From the NCBI GenBank assembly GCA_000004985.1, contig GG738847.1: a stretch of DNA of 64,000 nt. One strand, given 5' to 3'. This stretch comes from Naegleria gruberi. Its lineage: Eukaryota. This document shows positions 32,956-42,733 of the stretch, piece after piece (positions within the stretch are counted from its first letter, which is position 1; the number at the start of each line of letters is the position of its first letter). The notes beneath the pieces were generated by a model. That model was not told where the DNA came from. It saw only the letters and a list, made by a program, of their open reading frames with translations, and did no database searches. The position numbers and the translations under genes were made by a program.

Positions 32956-33924
32956 TTACAAGGAAGGTTTGACGATTGGCTTTGATGACTTCTTGCATGT
33001 CTTTCTCTTGATACAAATCTTCTTCTTGATTGACTTGCAACACTTCTTCTTTCCACCAACAAATTTGAATTTCTTACAAATTTTCTTACCCTTTGAACGT
33101 TTCAAACACTTCTTATAATACTTCTTCTTGATACATCTTGGAGGAATGATAATTGACTTGGCACAATACTTCTTCTTTTGATATTTGACACATTTGGAAA
33201 CAGTCTTCTTGTGCTTACAGAACTTGATGGTCTTATGCTTGGCACAGAAGAATTTCTTCTTAATGAGACAACACTTCTTAACTGATTTTCTCTCCTTACA
33301 ATATTTAACCTTCTTATACTTGGCACATTTCTTAGCCCATGAAACTATCTTGCACTTTTTAACATATCTACATTTGGCAACCTTCTTATTGTAGGAATCA
33401 ACAGTGTACTTGTCGCAAACCTTCTTCTTTTCACACTTCTTGATTGGAACCTTCTTGAATTTCTTGCAGACCTTCTTAAATCCCTTCTTGACACACTTGT
33501 TAATAATCTTGTGTTTGGCACAGAATTTCTTGAAGCCCTTCTTGATGCAAATCTTCTTTGTTCCATAAGAATCACAAACTTTCCAATACTTCTTCTTGGC
33601 ACATCCAACTACTTTGTATGCATGCAAGACGCATTTCTTTGTTGGCTTGCTATACTTGTCACATTTGGAATATTTCTTATGTTTGAGACATTTGCCAGCA
33701 CCGACAATGGCATATTGATCACAGACTTTCTTTTGACCAACGAGTTTGTGCTTTAAACACTTCTTAATCCACTTGTGCTTTAAGCATTTTCTCTTACAAA
33801 TCTTTGGCTTGTGATACTTGTCAACAACGACTGGAGGTTTAGTTTGATAGCTGTCACTTGCTTGAACAGAGAGGATGGCAAGCAAGAGTAGAATTGCAAT
33901 TGAAAAGATTAGATTTGCTTTCAT
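32956..33924 (-). CDS. Secreted, extremely Lys- and Cys-rich repetitive protein (322 aa, roughly 31% Lys, 14% Cys, predicted pI well above 10). No recognisable domain.
   Basis: ATG at 33924-33922; TAA stop. The N-terminus is a signal peptide (MKANLIFSIAILLLLAILSVQA). It is followed by reiterated motifs KCLKHK (x3), CAKHK (x2), KKGFKK[FV]C (x2) and FCKHKK, with Cys spaced every 5-9 residues. The antisense ORFs 33102-33326 and 33345-33608 are artefacts of AAG/AAA codon bias. Confidence 0.6.
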   Translation of the reverse strand: MKANLIFSIAILLLLAILSVQASDSYQTKPPVVVDKYHKPKICKRKCLKHKWIKKCLKHKLVGQKKVCDQYAIVGAGKCLKHKKYSKCDKYSKPTKKCVLHAYKVVGCAKKKYWKVCDSYGTKKICIKKGFKKFCAKHKIINKCVKKGFKKVCKKFKKVPIKKCEKKKVCDKYTVDSYNKKVAKCRYVKKCKIVSWAKKCAKYKKVKYCKERKSVKKCCLIKKKFFCAKHKTIKFCKHKKTVSKCVKYQKKKYCAKSIIIPPRCIKKKYYKKCLKRSKGKKICKKFKFVGGKKKCCKSIKKKICIKRKTCKKSSKPIVKPSL

Positions 33925-34240
33925 TTTTTGTTATTGGATGGAATAGTTCAACAGAAGGGTGCTAATTTAAACCATTTCTAATAGTTTTTCATTTGGAACA
34001 AGCTCAAAAAGTTAGATGTAAGGTTCCAAATTTGGATAGAAAACTGATATCCATACGAACTTGAACTAATTCAATTTACTAATTTACAATTACCTAATAC
34101 TATTCAAATATCAACTCATACTTCAAATTTAAAATTTCTCAAAAATCAACAATTCAGAGCAAGAAAGTTAATAATGTTGACGAATCCAAACAATAGATTG
34201 GTTTATAAAAAAGAACATTACCATTCGTTAAAGAATTCAT

Positions 34241-37200
34241 TTATTTACTCAGAAAAAGAGAATATTTGATGGAAATATTGGTGTGCATTGAAGAAAGTTT
34301 TGTTCCTTCATCAGGAAGCTTGTCACATTCATCAATTACCTTTTGAACTAGATGGTGGATTGAAACATCCTTATTTCTCGTACTTTTCGCCTTGAGAGAA
34401 CTCTTGGAAATGATTAACAAATGAACAATGCTGTCCATAGAAGAAAGTCTCTCAGCAAATGATTCCCAATATTTTTCCATATTGTAATGAACACTGCTCA
34501 ATCTTCTCATACTCAAAAACTTGGATGTACTCTTCTCAGTTGAAGAAGGAGAAGAATAAATAGATGCTGTGGAAATAGCTAGTGGATTATTGGCAGTAGC
34601 ATCAATTCTTGTTAAATTTTGTGAAGTTCTTGTAATTTCTTGTTGATTCTTCTTCTTTGCTTCCAAAATCTTCTTTTGAAGTAGTGGATCACGAATATCT
34701 TGTTCTTCAATTAGTAAATCTTTCAATCTTTGTATTGCTACATAGAGTGCTGTCTCTCCATATAAATTAGTTTTCTCAATTGAATATCTGTAATGTCTTG
34801 GATCTAGTCTTCTCTCCTTCAAAATAAATGAACTATTTTCATGATGTGCTTGATCCTCTTCACTGCTTTCATTGATGGTTGGTCTTCTCCTTCTGAAAAA
34901 TCTACCAGATCTCGGCTCTGAATCCCTTGGAGTTTGTTGATCTTCAGGTGTAGTAGCACTTTGAGATCTTCTTGGAGTTTTGATGAGGTTGGAGAGTTTT
35001 TCAAATCCTTTTTTGAATCTGGCAGTACCTGGGCTTTGTTGAGGACTTGGTTGTGGCGAAATTTTCTTTTCAATTAATGAAACTTTCAACTGTGGAATAT
35101 TCACTCTGCCACTATCTTGTAATGATGTAGATGTTCCACCAAGTTGGAAAGCAAGTTTGGCATTAGAAGGAAAGACTGTAGTATTAATGTCAGAGTCACT
35201 TGAGGACATTTGCTTTGAAACAGCTGTCAATCCCAAATCTGAAACATCCGTAGCTGAACAATCAGTATGTCTTCTGAAAGGAACCAGAGTTCTTCTCTTT
35301 TGTTGAATATCATCTTGATTCTCAGTGGCAACTGAGAGGAATAGCTCTACAACATTCGAATTATTAAACCAACATGCCAAGTGGAGTGGAGTGAATCCCT
35401 CATACTTGTCTGGTTCGTAAAATAATTTCTGATAGAGATCTTCTGGCAGTGAGAGGGCACATAAATGTAAGAATACAACATTATTGGACATGGCTGCCAG
35501 ATGGAACAAGTTCAATCCATGAGCAATAGTCTTGACAGTACAACATGCCTTATAATCAATTTCATTCAAGAGGTATAACCACACTCTCATATAATTCTTT
35601 CTTTCAGCATCAGTTAAATCCTTATTCCAATTTCTAGAGTTGGTTCTAATGAATTTTTCCAGTGATCCCAATGGTGAATTTGGATAATAGGAAGGTTGAT
35701 ATCTCTCCAAGAACTCATCAGTCTCCATCTTGTCATTGTAATGCACAGAAAGAACACTTCTCATTAGAGCAGTTAGACCATTATCATCTCTCATATTGGC
35801 AAAAGTAATTGGCTCTGTATAGAAATCAATTAATAATTTCACAATTTCTGGATATCCTTTTGATGCTGCAATATGAAGTGATGTGACTCCAGAATCTCTC
35901 TTCTTGAGGGTAGGTGAAACCCCCAACAAGATCATTGTTTCTATGGATTTGTAATCTCTAGCATCTGCAGCCAAGTGAATAGCTGCATTACCATAGGTGT
36001 CCTTTCTGGCCCAGTCCAACTTTTTAACACCTGTTTTGGAGAGAGCCGTCAAGAGCATTGTCAAAACATCACAATTTCCTTTTGTGGCTGCTACATGAAG
36101 AGCTGTTCCTTCAATCTTGTTTGTGTAATTGAGATTAATGTCAAACTTGCTCAACATCAGTGCAACAACCTCAACTTGATTATATTGAATTGCTATCTGA
36201 AGTAATGAATTACCATTATGATTATCTCTTATATTGTTCACATTTGTATCATCGAGAACGCACTCCAACAATGCAACACAACCACTCTTAGTAGCATGAA
36301 TGATAATGTTAGAGTTCTTAGCTACTTCTGAAAGTGGAGTCAGCTTGGGAATGTAAAATGATAGAGATGATCCAACTTGTTTCAGAGGAGTACTCACGCT
36401 TATTGGTGCAGCTCCCTTTGTTGGTGTTGATGGATCTTTTAGAGCAGAGGCTGCTACCTGATTAGAAAAACTCAATAAATTGGAAGAGGAGGCTGCCTTG
36501 ATATGAATTGGAGAATTGGTGGAGGAACCTCTTCCAAACATGAGTTTAGTTGGAGTGTGAGGTGATTTGAGGTGTTCTACTAAGAGATCTGTTGCTGGTT
36601 TTGAAGCTTCTAGAGTAGGCACAGGTTTCTTTTGAGGAGAGAAGGCCAATCCATTATTATCCACTGCAGGTATTGGGCTTATTGGATTGATAGAATAATT
36701 GGTAGCACTTGCTGCAACACTATCACTAATGTGATGTTTGATATCGACAACAAAATCTTGGTGATGTGAAAATGATGAAGCTGCCATTGAATTGCTTCTT
36801 CTCTTTCCTTGGGCAGCTCTTTGTTTGGTATTCCTTCTTCTGGCTGTTTTGTTTCCCTGCTCATTGATGTGATTTGTAATTGAGGTCCCAACTCCAACTA
36901 TTGCTCCATAAACTGCTCCAATATCAATACGAGGTGTCAGTAAATCGTGATCATTATAACTTGTCACACTTGATATCGATCTAACAGAAATCATTCCATC
37001 ATGATGGAAAGGATCAGATTCATCCATAGAATTTTTAAAATTCAAATTGAGTGGATACTTTCCCTTTTCTGAATGAGATGGGGGGTGATCTGTTGTTGGA
37101 TTACTATTTACTCTATGATGTTGTGGTTTGTTATGTGCTGGTGATGTAGGGTATGAATGAGAATTATCTGTTATCACTGAAACTGCTGATAGAGGTGTTG

Positions 37201-38413
37201 GGCTATTATTAGTAGTATTAATGGTTGAAGTTGGAGCCACTATATTATCATTAAATACTGATATCTTTACAGGTGACAGAGTTGGTGAGGCAGTTAAATT
37301 GATATGAGAAAATGAATTATTATGATCATTGATTGGGGAAGACACTCTATGAATGTTGGAAGAAGGAGGGCTTGTTGTAAGATTAGAGGAATTATTTTGA
37401 GTTGGTGATGATACATTGGAGGAATTAGTTGGTGGTGGATTTGTTGCTTTTTGAATATTATTACCAATTTGATAATTGTTATCATTATTGAGAGGTGCTG
37501 AACTATTTGGAGAGGTTACATTAGTGGTTTTGGAGGATGAGGATGGAGTTGATACATGATAGAAAGATTGAGATTTCTGATTTAACAATTGAGAGGATGA
37601 AGTGTTAAAATTCACAGGCACTCTTCTACCATTAATAATGGCAACATTATTACCTGACAGTGAGGAAGGGGTGGATGGAGTTTTCATTGCATAATCTATT
37701 GCTCCACCATTGCTGGGTTTTGGAGTACAGACAATATCATTGTCCCAGCCCTGATTGTTTCGTTGTGGTTGTAGTGGTGATTGCAAATCGTGTAAACCAC
37801 TTGTAGGAGATACAAGTCTTTCTGCCGAAGGTGTCGATGGAGTTGGATAATTACTGGCATATCCTAGTCTATTGTTGTGTAATTTTGCCTCTCGTTCCAT
37901 AGTTTCATGAATTTGTTGTTTCTTCGTTTGGACATGATTCAAATAGTTTGCCAAATGCTTGAACATTTTCCCAGAAAGTAGTTTCCCATTATTATTCGAA
38001 TCTTCATGTGGTGAAGTTAGAGTATTGAGACTGGATGTATCATTGGAGCTTCTTGGTGTGATATTGTTTGAACTTCGTGGTGTGGATGGAGTTGTTGACA
38101 TTCCTCCAACAGATGAATTACATGAAGTGGGCGACAGGGCATTATTCCTCATCATGAAAGGCACATGTTGTTGTGATTGTAATGTTGGTTTAAATGTTGA
38201 AGTGCTATTATTACTTCCATTATTATTTGAATTATTATTCCTATTATCTCCATGTTGTTCTTGTTGTTGCTGCTGCGGTAACGAAGAATAGGATGAAGGA
38301 GAGAGAATGATGGAACCACTATTATTGTTATTATTAATTATGGAGGATGAAGAAGTTGTTGATTGAATGGTTGCCGAAGTTGTGGAAACCGTTTGAAGAT
38401 CAATACCATCCAA
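34241..38413 (-). CDS. Large ankyrin-repeat protein with an N-terminal N/S/Q-rich low-complexity region. 5' end unresolved.
   Basis: The ORF is 1390 codons. Ankyrin repeats include ..GNSLLQIAIQYNQVEVVALMLSKFDINLNYTNKIEGTALHVAATKGNCDVLTMLL.. and ..GNAAIHLAADARDYKSIETMILLGVSPTLKKRDSGVTSLHIAASKGYPEIVKLLI... The top of the ORF is TTG, not ATG, and the frame stays open only to 38512 with no ATG. The true start is either an internal Met or an unrecognised upstream exon; a possible acceptor is CTCCTTAAAG| at 38441. Confidence 0.55.
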   Translation of the reverse strand: MDGIDLQTVSTTSATIQSTTSSSSIINNNNNSGSIILSPSSYSSLPQQQQQEQHGDNRNNNSNNNGSNNSTSTFKPTLQSQQHVPFMMRNNALSPTSCNSSVGGMSTTPSTPRSSNNITPRSSNDTSSLNTLTSPHEDSNNNGKLLSGKMFKHLANYLNHVQTKKQQIHETMEREAKLHNNRLGYASNYPTPSTPSAERLVSPTSGLHDLQSPLQPQRNNQGWDNDIVCTPKPSNGGAIDYAMKTPSTPSSLSGNNVAIINGRRVPVNFNTSSSQLLNQKSQSFYHVSTPSSSSKTTNVTSPNSSAPLNNDNNYQIGNNIQKATNPPPTNSSNVSSPTQNNSSNLTTSPPSSNIHRVSSPINDHNNSFSHINLTASPTLSPVKISVFNDNIVAPTSTINTTNNSPTPLSAVSVITDNSHSYPTSPAHNKPQHHRVNSNPTTDHPPSHSEKGKYPLNLNFKNSMDESDPFHHDGMISVRSISSVTSYNDHDLLTPRIDIGAVYGAIVGVGTSITNHINEQGNKTARRRNTKQRAAQGKRRSNSMAASSFSHHQDFVVDIKHHISDSVAASATNYSINPISPIPAVDNNGLAFSPQKKPVPTLEASKPATDLLVEHLKSPHTPTKLMFGRGSSTNSPIHIKAASSSNLLSFSNQVAASALKDPSTPTKGAAPISVSTPLKQVGSSLSFYIPKLTPLSEVAKNSNIIIHATKSGCVALLECVLDDTNVNNIRDNHNGNSLLQIAIQYNQVEVVALMLSKFDINLNYTNKIEGTALHVAATKGNCDVLTMLLTALSKTGVKKLDWARKDTYGNAAIHLAADARDYKSIETMILLGVSPTLKKRDSGVTSLHIAASKGYPEIVKLLIDFYTEPITFANMRDDNGLTALMRSVLSVHYNDKMETDEFLERYQPSYYPNSPLGSLEKFIRTNSRNWNKDLTDAERKNYMRVWLYLLNEIDYKACCTVKTIAHGLNLFHLAAMSNNVVFLHLCALSLPEDLYQKLFYEPDKYEGFTPLHLACWFNNSNVVELFLSVATENQDDIQQKRRTLVPFRRHTDCSATDVSDLGLTAVSKQMSSSDSDINTTVFPSNAKLAFQLGGTSTSLQDSGRVNIPQLKVSLIEKKISPQPSPQQSPGTARFKKGFEKLSNLIKTPRRSQSATTPEDQQTPRDSEPRSGRFFRRRRPTINESSEEDQAHHENSSFILKERRLDPRHYRYSIEKTNLYGETALYVAIQRLKDLLIEEQDIRDPLLQKKILEAKKKNQQEITRTSQNLTRIDATANNPLAISTASIYSSPSSTEKSTSKFLSMRRLSSVHYNMEKYWESFAERLSSMDSIVHLLIISKSSLKAKSTRNKDVSIHHLVQKVIDECDKLPDEGTKLSSMHTNISIKYSLFLSK

Positions 38414-39419
38414 CGAAAAGGGAATTGGTTGTTGTGCTACCTTTAAGGAGAGTCGTGTCGTGCAAATAGTTGGTGTTCCATCATCGTCATTGTCTTCTTC
38501 ATCGAGAATAAATTATTATTATTATCGGTTATTGAAACTCTTGATGATGGGTTATTATTGAAGAGTTTGCTTCTCCCGCCGTTTTAGATGATGAGAGAGT
38601 AGTCTCATTTTCTGAAGAGGAATGTTGCGGTGCGTGAAGGTTATCTGTTAGCACGATTTTGTTATTATCTAATGAGAGTGTGTTATTATTATTGATTTTT
38701 GGTGCTGATGATGGTGAAAGAAGAAGAAGGTGTTGTTGATGAATTTGTTATTGTCTTCTGTCCACTACTTAGAATGGGGTTTAGTGAGTCCATCAATAAT
38801 ATTTTGTTATCACTTCCACCATTGTCAGCAGGCCAACGTTGCATTTTTATTGATAGCTGACTTTTAATATTGGCAAGAGAACACAAAAATTGACAGTGTC
38901 GGTGCGAACCAATGTGTTGGAAATCATACGAGAGCTCTTTGCCGGTTCCAGCACTTTTCAGTCACAATCAAGATATTTCAAAATCCAAAATGCTGACTAT
39001 TATCCATTGTTTAATTTCCTTAACTAACTTGGTTCTTCATGAATGGATAAAGATCAATAATACATACAAAAGATGAATAAACACTAAACTATTTATTCTA
39101 TAAAGTTTGCGCAGAGCTTTGGATAACAAACCGTTTGTTGGTTATTTATTGTGAAAAGAATTATTAAAAAACAAGTCTCTGCGGATACTAAGTAAGCATA
39201 ATCGGATTAAAGCTCTCGGCACAAGTGGTTGCTCAATATTCCCATCTATCAACCATTGTCAAAATATCGACAAATATTCATATCGCTGTACATTTCAAAC
39301 GGAAACTATTCATGAATAAGATACGCACCAATTCAAAGAGACTTTAAAACAAAATATCTTCATCATCACATCAAGTTTTTCTGAACATCCTCAACAGTAG
39401 GATCATCAAGAATACCAGA

Positions 39420-41804
39420 ATGAATCGTAACATCGATTCCTCTCAAGTACATTTCAGGGCCACCAGCAGTTTGGATACTAGAACAACCCGCCATTTTCCC
39501 TTCTCTCGAACTCATACTGCCAGCCAAAACAAACGAAATAATGATGTACAAAACTCTTTCAATACATCAGCCAGCTATCCTTCCCCTTACAATCCCAATA
39601 AGAATAGTGATCCAAACAGTGTCAATCTATTCAATACACCTCTAAAATCAAAACCAATTCCCAATAATAATAATGCAAATATCTTTCCAAAACTTCCGAA
39701 TGGTAAGGGACAAGCACTCCCTCCTCTTCAAAACAAACCTCCACCAACAACAGCTTCCTCAGGGTCTAGAAAGAAGGATATCTCTTCAACTCTTGATGAT
39801 GAATTTGGTTCATCTGGACCATTAAATGAAATCAACTGGGAGAGAAAGACGAAGAAGAGACTGAAACCAATTTCTGCCTTTATCACTGAAACTATCAATG
39901 CTCAAGTGGCAGAAGAATCTGTAAATAGTTCAATCGTTACAACGGAAGAAGCAAGTAACAATGGAGGGGGAGGCACTTTCCTTACCGAACTCTCAAGATC
40001 AGCCTCTCCTATCGGAATGAATAGTAATAAGGAAAATAGAGTAGAAATTCAATCAAAGACTTTCTTCAAACAAAATCGAGCACCAACCACTAATCAAACA
40101 AATTTGGAACTCTATGTTGAGGATCCATTCGATGTTACTGATAGAAACAGTTGTGTCAAGAAAGCAATTAGTGGAACCATTAGACGTGTAAATATATTAA
40201 CACACAAAAAATTCGAGTATTGGAAAAACAACTCTGATAACAAGTTTGTAGCTTCTGAACTTTTGACCAAGTTTCCTCAACAGGAGCTCGATGCCAGTTA
40301 TCAAAGATCCCTTATGAGTAGGGCTAAGGAGTTAGACGACAGGCCTGATTTCACCAGACAAACCTTGGAACTGTTATTTTTGCCATTTAAAACTTTTGAG
40401 AATAATAATTTAGTGGAAACATCACTCAATCCAGAAGCAGAACAATCAGCTGCTCAAATCAACTCAGATGATGTTCAGAATACAGGTCCAAAGAGGGTTG
40501 CAGATAAAAAATTTGAAGACAAAATAGATGAAGAACTCAAACGAAGTGATGTGGTATTTAAGGAATTATTTACCAAATCCTATCAAATGGCCAAATCAAC
40601 GATAACACATTCTTCAACTCTCAAAAATCCACTAGTTGGTATTTTGGCAGGATCAGACTTCTTACCTGCCTATCAATCCGAATATGTGACAATAGCAAAG
40701 CCAAAAGCAAAGAGAAAGGTGTTAAATAGTGATGTTTGGAGGAATGAATTTCTCGATGCTCAAATCAACCACCAACAAGATTTGCTTAACATTCTGGATA
40801 CAAGATATGGAAATAGATACATTGTTGAACAGTCTCAAATTTATTTGGAAAAGTTGGTTCAAAGATCAGTGAAACGATCTGAGAGATTTGCTCTCAATGG
40901 CCTCAATGAAACTATTCAAAGAAAGCCTGGAGATATAACTTTTGAATCATTTTGGGATAGATACAGTAAAACTTTGGAAGTGGAAAAGACACAATTTTAC
41001 CAGACAGTGCTTTTCTACAGAAGGTTATTGTTTCACTTGGAAACAATTCAAATTCCATCACCCGACAATTCTTATCTGATAAGATTACTCGAGAGTATAA
41101 GATTAAGACTAATTGAGAATCCAAGACAAGAATTGACAAAAGAGCATATTTTCTTTAGTAATATCAAACCATTGGTCGAGGAAATGTCAAGGTTTGATAA
41201 GCTTCATCCTGAAGATGGTGGAAGATTGGATGCATTCTTCAGTAATAGAGAGACCATTAAGGTTATTCAATTTTTTATTGCCGAGCTCAATATTAACAGT
41301 GATGATTTGTTTACAAACTTCTTACTCAAATTGAGAATTAAACATACAAAGGTTCTGGATGAGCTAAGAACCAGGCTTAAAGAAAGAGAAAGACAACAAC
41401 AAGCACTGATCAAGAAGGTTGATCTCTTCCTTGTAGATGGTGCGGAAAAGAACTTTATCAGAGCGATGGTTATGGCTCTCCAACCTCACTCTGCACTGGC
41501 TGGTTCTTTAATTGTGAAGAAGGGTGATACTGCCAATGAAATGTTTTTCATTCTCAAAGGTTTTGTTGAGGTTATCACAGAGGGCATTGATCCAAAAGTC
41601 ATTGCTACATTGGATGAAGGTAAATTCTTTGGGGAGGTTGGTGTCGTTCTCGATCAGACTAGAATGGCCACTGTAAGGGCTGGGTCGCACTGTGACTTGT
41701 TTGTGCTTAGTAAGAGTGCATTGAAGAGAATTGAGGAAGAATTTCCAGAACCTTGTCAAAAGATTAGGGATAAGGCAATTGAAAGACTTAACTCTGTAAA
41801 ATAA
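39420..41804 (+). CDS. Cyclic-nucleotide-binding-domain protein (794 aa), with a single C-terminal cNMP-binding (CAP-effector-type) domain
   Basis: ATG at 39420; TAA at 41802-41804. The C-terminal ~120 aa match the cNMP-binding fold, including a phosphate-binding cassette (..NEMFFILKGFVEVITEG..LDEGKFFGEVGVVLDQTRMATVRAGSHCDLFVLSKSAL..). It has the conserved FGE and the Arg of the (P)R(A/T)AT motif. The N-terminal half is S/N/P-rich. No kinase, cyclase or channel domain is recognisable. Confidence 0.6.
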   Translation: MNRNIDSSQVHFRATSSLDTRTTRHFPFSRTHTASQNKRNNDVQNSFNTSASYPSPYNPNKNSDPNSVNLFNTPLKSKPIPNNNNANIFPKLPNGKGQALPPLQNKPPPTTASSGSRKKDISSTLDDEFGSSGPLNEINWERKTKKRLKPISAFITETINAQVAEESVNSSIVTTEEASNNGGGGTFLTELSRSASPIGMNSNKENRVEIQSKTFFKQNRAPTTNQTNLELYVEDPFDVTDRNSCVKKAISGTIRRVNILTHKKFEYWKNNSDNKFVASELLTKFPQQELDASYQRSLMSRAKELDDRPDFTRQTLELLFLPFKTFENNNLVETSLNPEAEQSAAQINSDDVQNTGPKRVADKKFEDKIDEELKRSDVVFKELFTKSYQMAKSTITHSSTLKNPLVGILAGSDFLPAYQSEYVTIAKPKAKRKVLNSDVWRNEFLDAQINHQQDLLNILDTRYGNRYIVEQSQIYLEKLVQRSVKRSERFALNGLNETIQRKPGDITFESFWDRYSKTLEVEKTQFYQTVLFYRRLLFHLETIQIPSPDNSYLIRLLESIRLRLIENPRQELTKEHIFFSNIKPLVEEMSRFDKLHPEDGGRLDAFFSNRETIKVIQFFIAELNINSDDLFTNFLLKLRIKHTKVLDELRTRLKERERQQQALIKKVDLFLVDGAEKNFIRAMVMALQPHSALAGSLIVKKGDTANEMFFILKGFVEVITEGIDPKVIATLDEGKFFGEVGVVLDQTRMATVRAGSHCDLFVLSKSALKRIEEEFPEPCQKIRDKAIERLNSVK

Positions 41805-41879
41805 ATTAATTTATTTTTAAACTGCAACAACATTAAAATACAATCCCGCTCAAATAAAACTCTAACAACTACAAAAAAA

Positions 41880-42707
41880 ATGAACGTAAAGGAGATGTTT
41901 GATAGTGTGGCCCTCAGCCTCATTGCCTTTCTTGAATCACATGAAGGAGTAAAAAATGTTCAATTATTTGAAACAAAACCAACAGCACAAGCTCAAATAG
42001 ATAATTGGGAAAAAACAAACAAGACACAATTACCATCGGAACTTAAATCATTCTTATTATACTCGAATGGATTTCTTTTAAAATGGAAAATTAGTTTATC
42101 TGATGAAAAGGAAGTTCAGATGGGATACATGTCAATACATTCTATTGAAAAAATTGTGGAAGTGAAAAAGAAGGATGATGACACTGAATCTTCTCATCCT
42201 TTCCATTCCGCATTCGAGCTTAGCAATTCAACAAGTCATTGTAGTGGTAGAGTGTGTTTTGTATATAAGGACAGTCCACAAAATCCTGCTTCGGCTGAGA
42301 TATGGTACCAAGATCTTGGCCTTAATTGGTGGTTTATTTCCAAGACCTTTGTCGAATATTTCAGATTAATGATTCTGCATTTGGGATTACCGAATTGGCA
42401 GATGGTTTTTACTGATACCGGTCTTCCCTCAATAACAAAACAATGGATTCGGTTCTTGTCACCTCAAAGATTAATAATTGATTTGAGCAGAGTATGCTTA
42501 AATAGCGAGTCTCTAATGGAATTACCAGAGGAAAGTATGAATCAATTATTTAGAGTTGAATCCGTTTCCAGACTCAAAGAACTCCAAAACCAAAACAAGA
42601 AAAAGAAGAAGAAGGTTGTAAAAAAGAAGGCAAAGATTGATTTGAAAAAATTGGATGCCATGGCTTCAAAGACTAAAAAGAAAGAAAAGGTTGTAGAGAA
42701 GAAATAG
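41880..42707 (+). CDS. SMI1/KNR4 (SUKH-superfamily) domain protein, TPGS2-like, with a Lys-rich C-terminal tail (275 aa)
   Basis: ATG at 41880. The motif ..LPSELKSFLLYSNGFLLKW.. is typical of SMI1/KNR4-like domains. The C-terminus is ..NKKKKKKVVKKKAKIDLKKL..KTKKKEKVVEKK*. Confidence 0.45.
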   Translation: MNVKEMFDSVALSLIAFLESHEGVKNVQLFETKPTAQAQIDNWEKTNKTQLPSELKSFLLYSNGFLLKWKISLSDEKEVQMGYMSIHSIEKIVEVKKKDDDTESSHPFHSAFELSNSTSHCSGRVCFVYKDSPQNPASAEIWYQDLGLNWWFISKTFVEYFRLMILHLGLPNWQMVFTDTGLPSITKQWIRFLSPQRLIIDLSRVCLNSESLMELPEESMNQLFRVESVSRLKELQNQNKKKKKKVVKKKAKIDLKKLDAMASKTKKKEKVVEKK

Positions 42708-42733
42708 TTTGATTTTACTGTACATTGTGTTAT

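Noticed and set aside
38689-38886. 65-codon ORF upstream of the ankyrin gene as an independent small gene
   Set aside because: No supporting features; it may be a 5' exon or a uORF of the ankyrin gene. It is discussed in the finding rather than called as a CDS.
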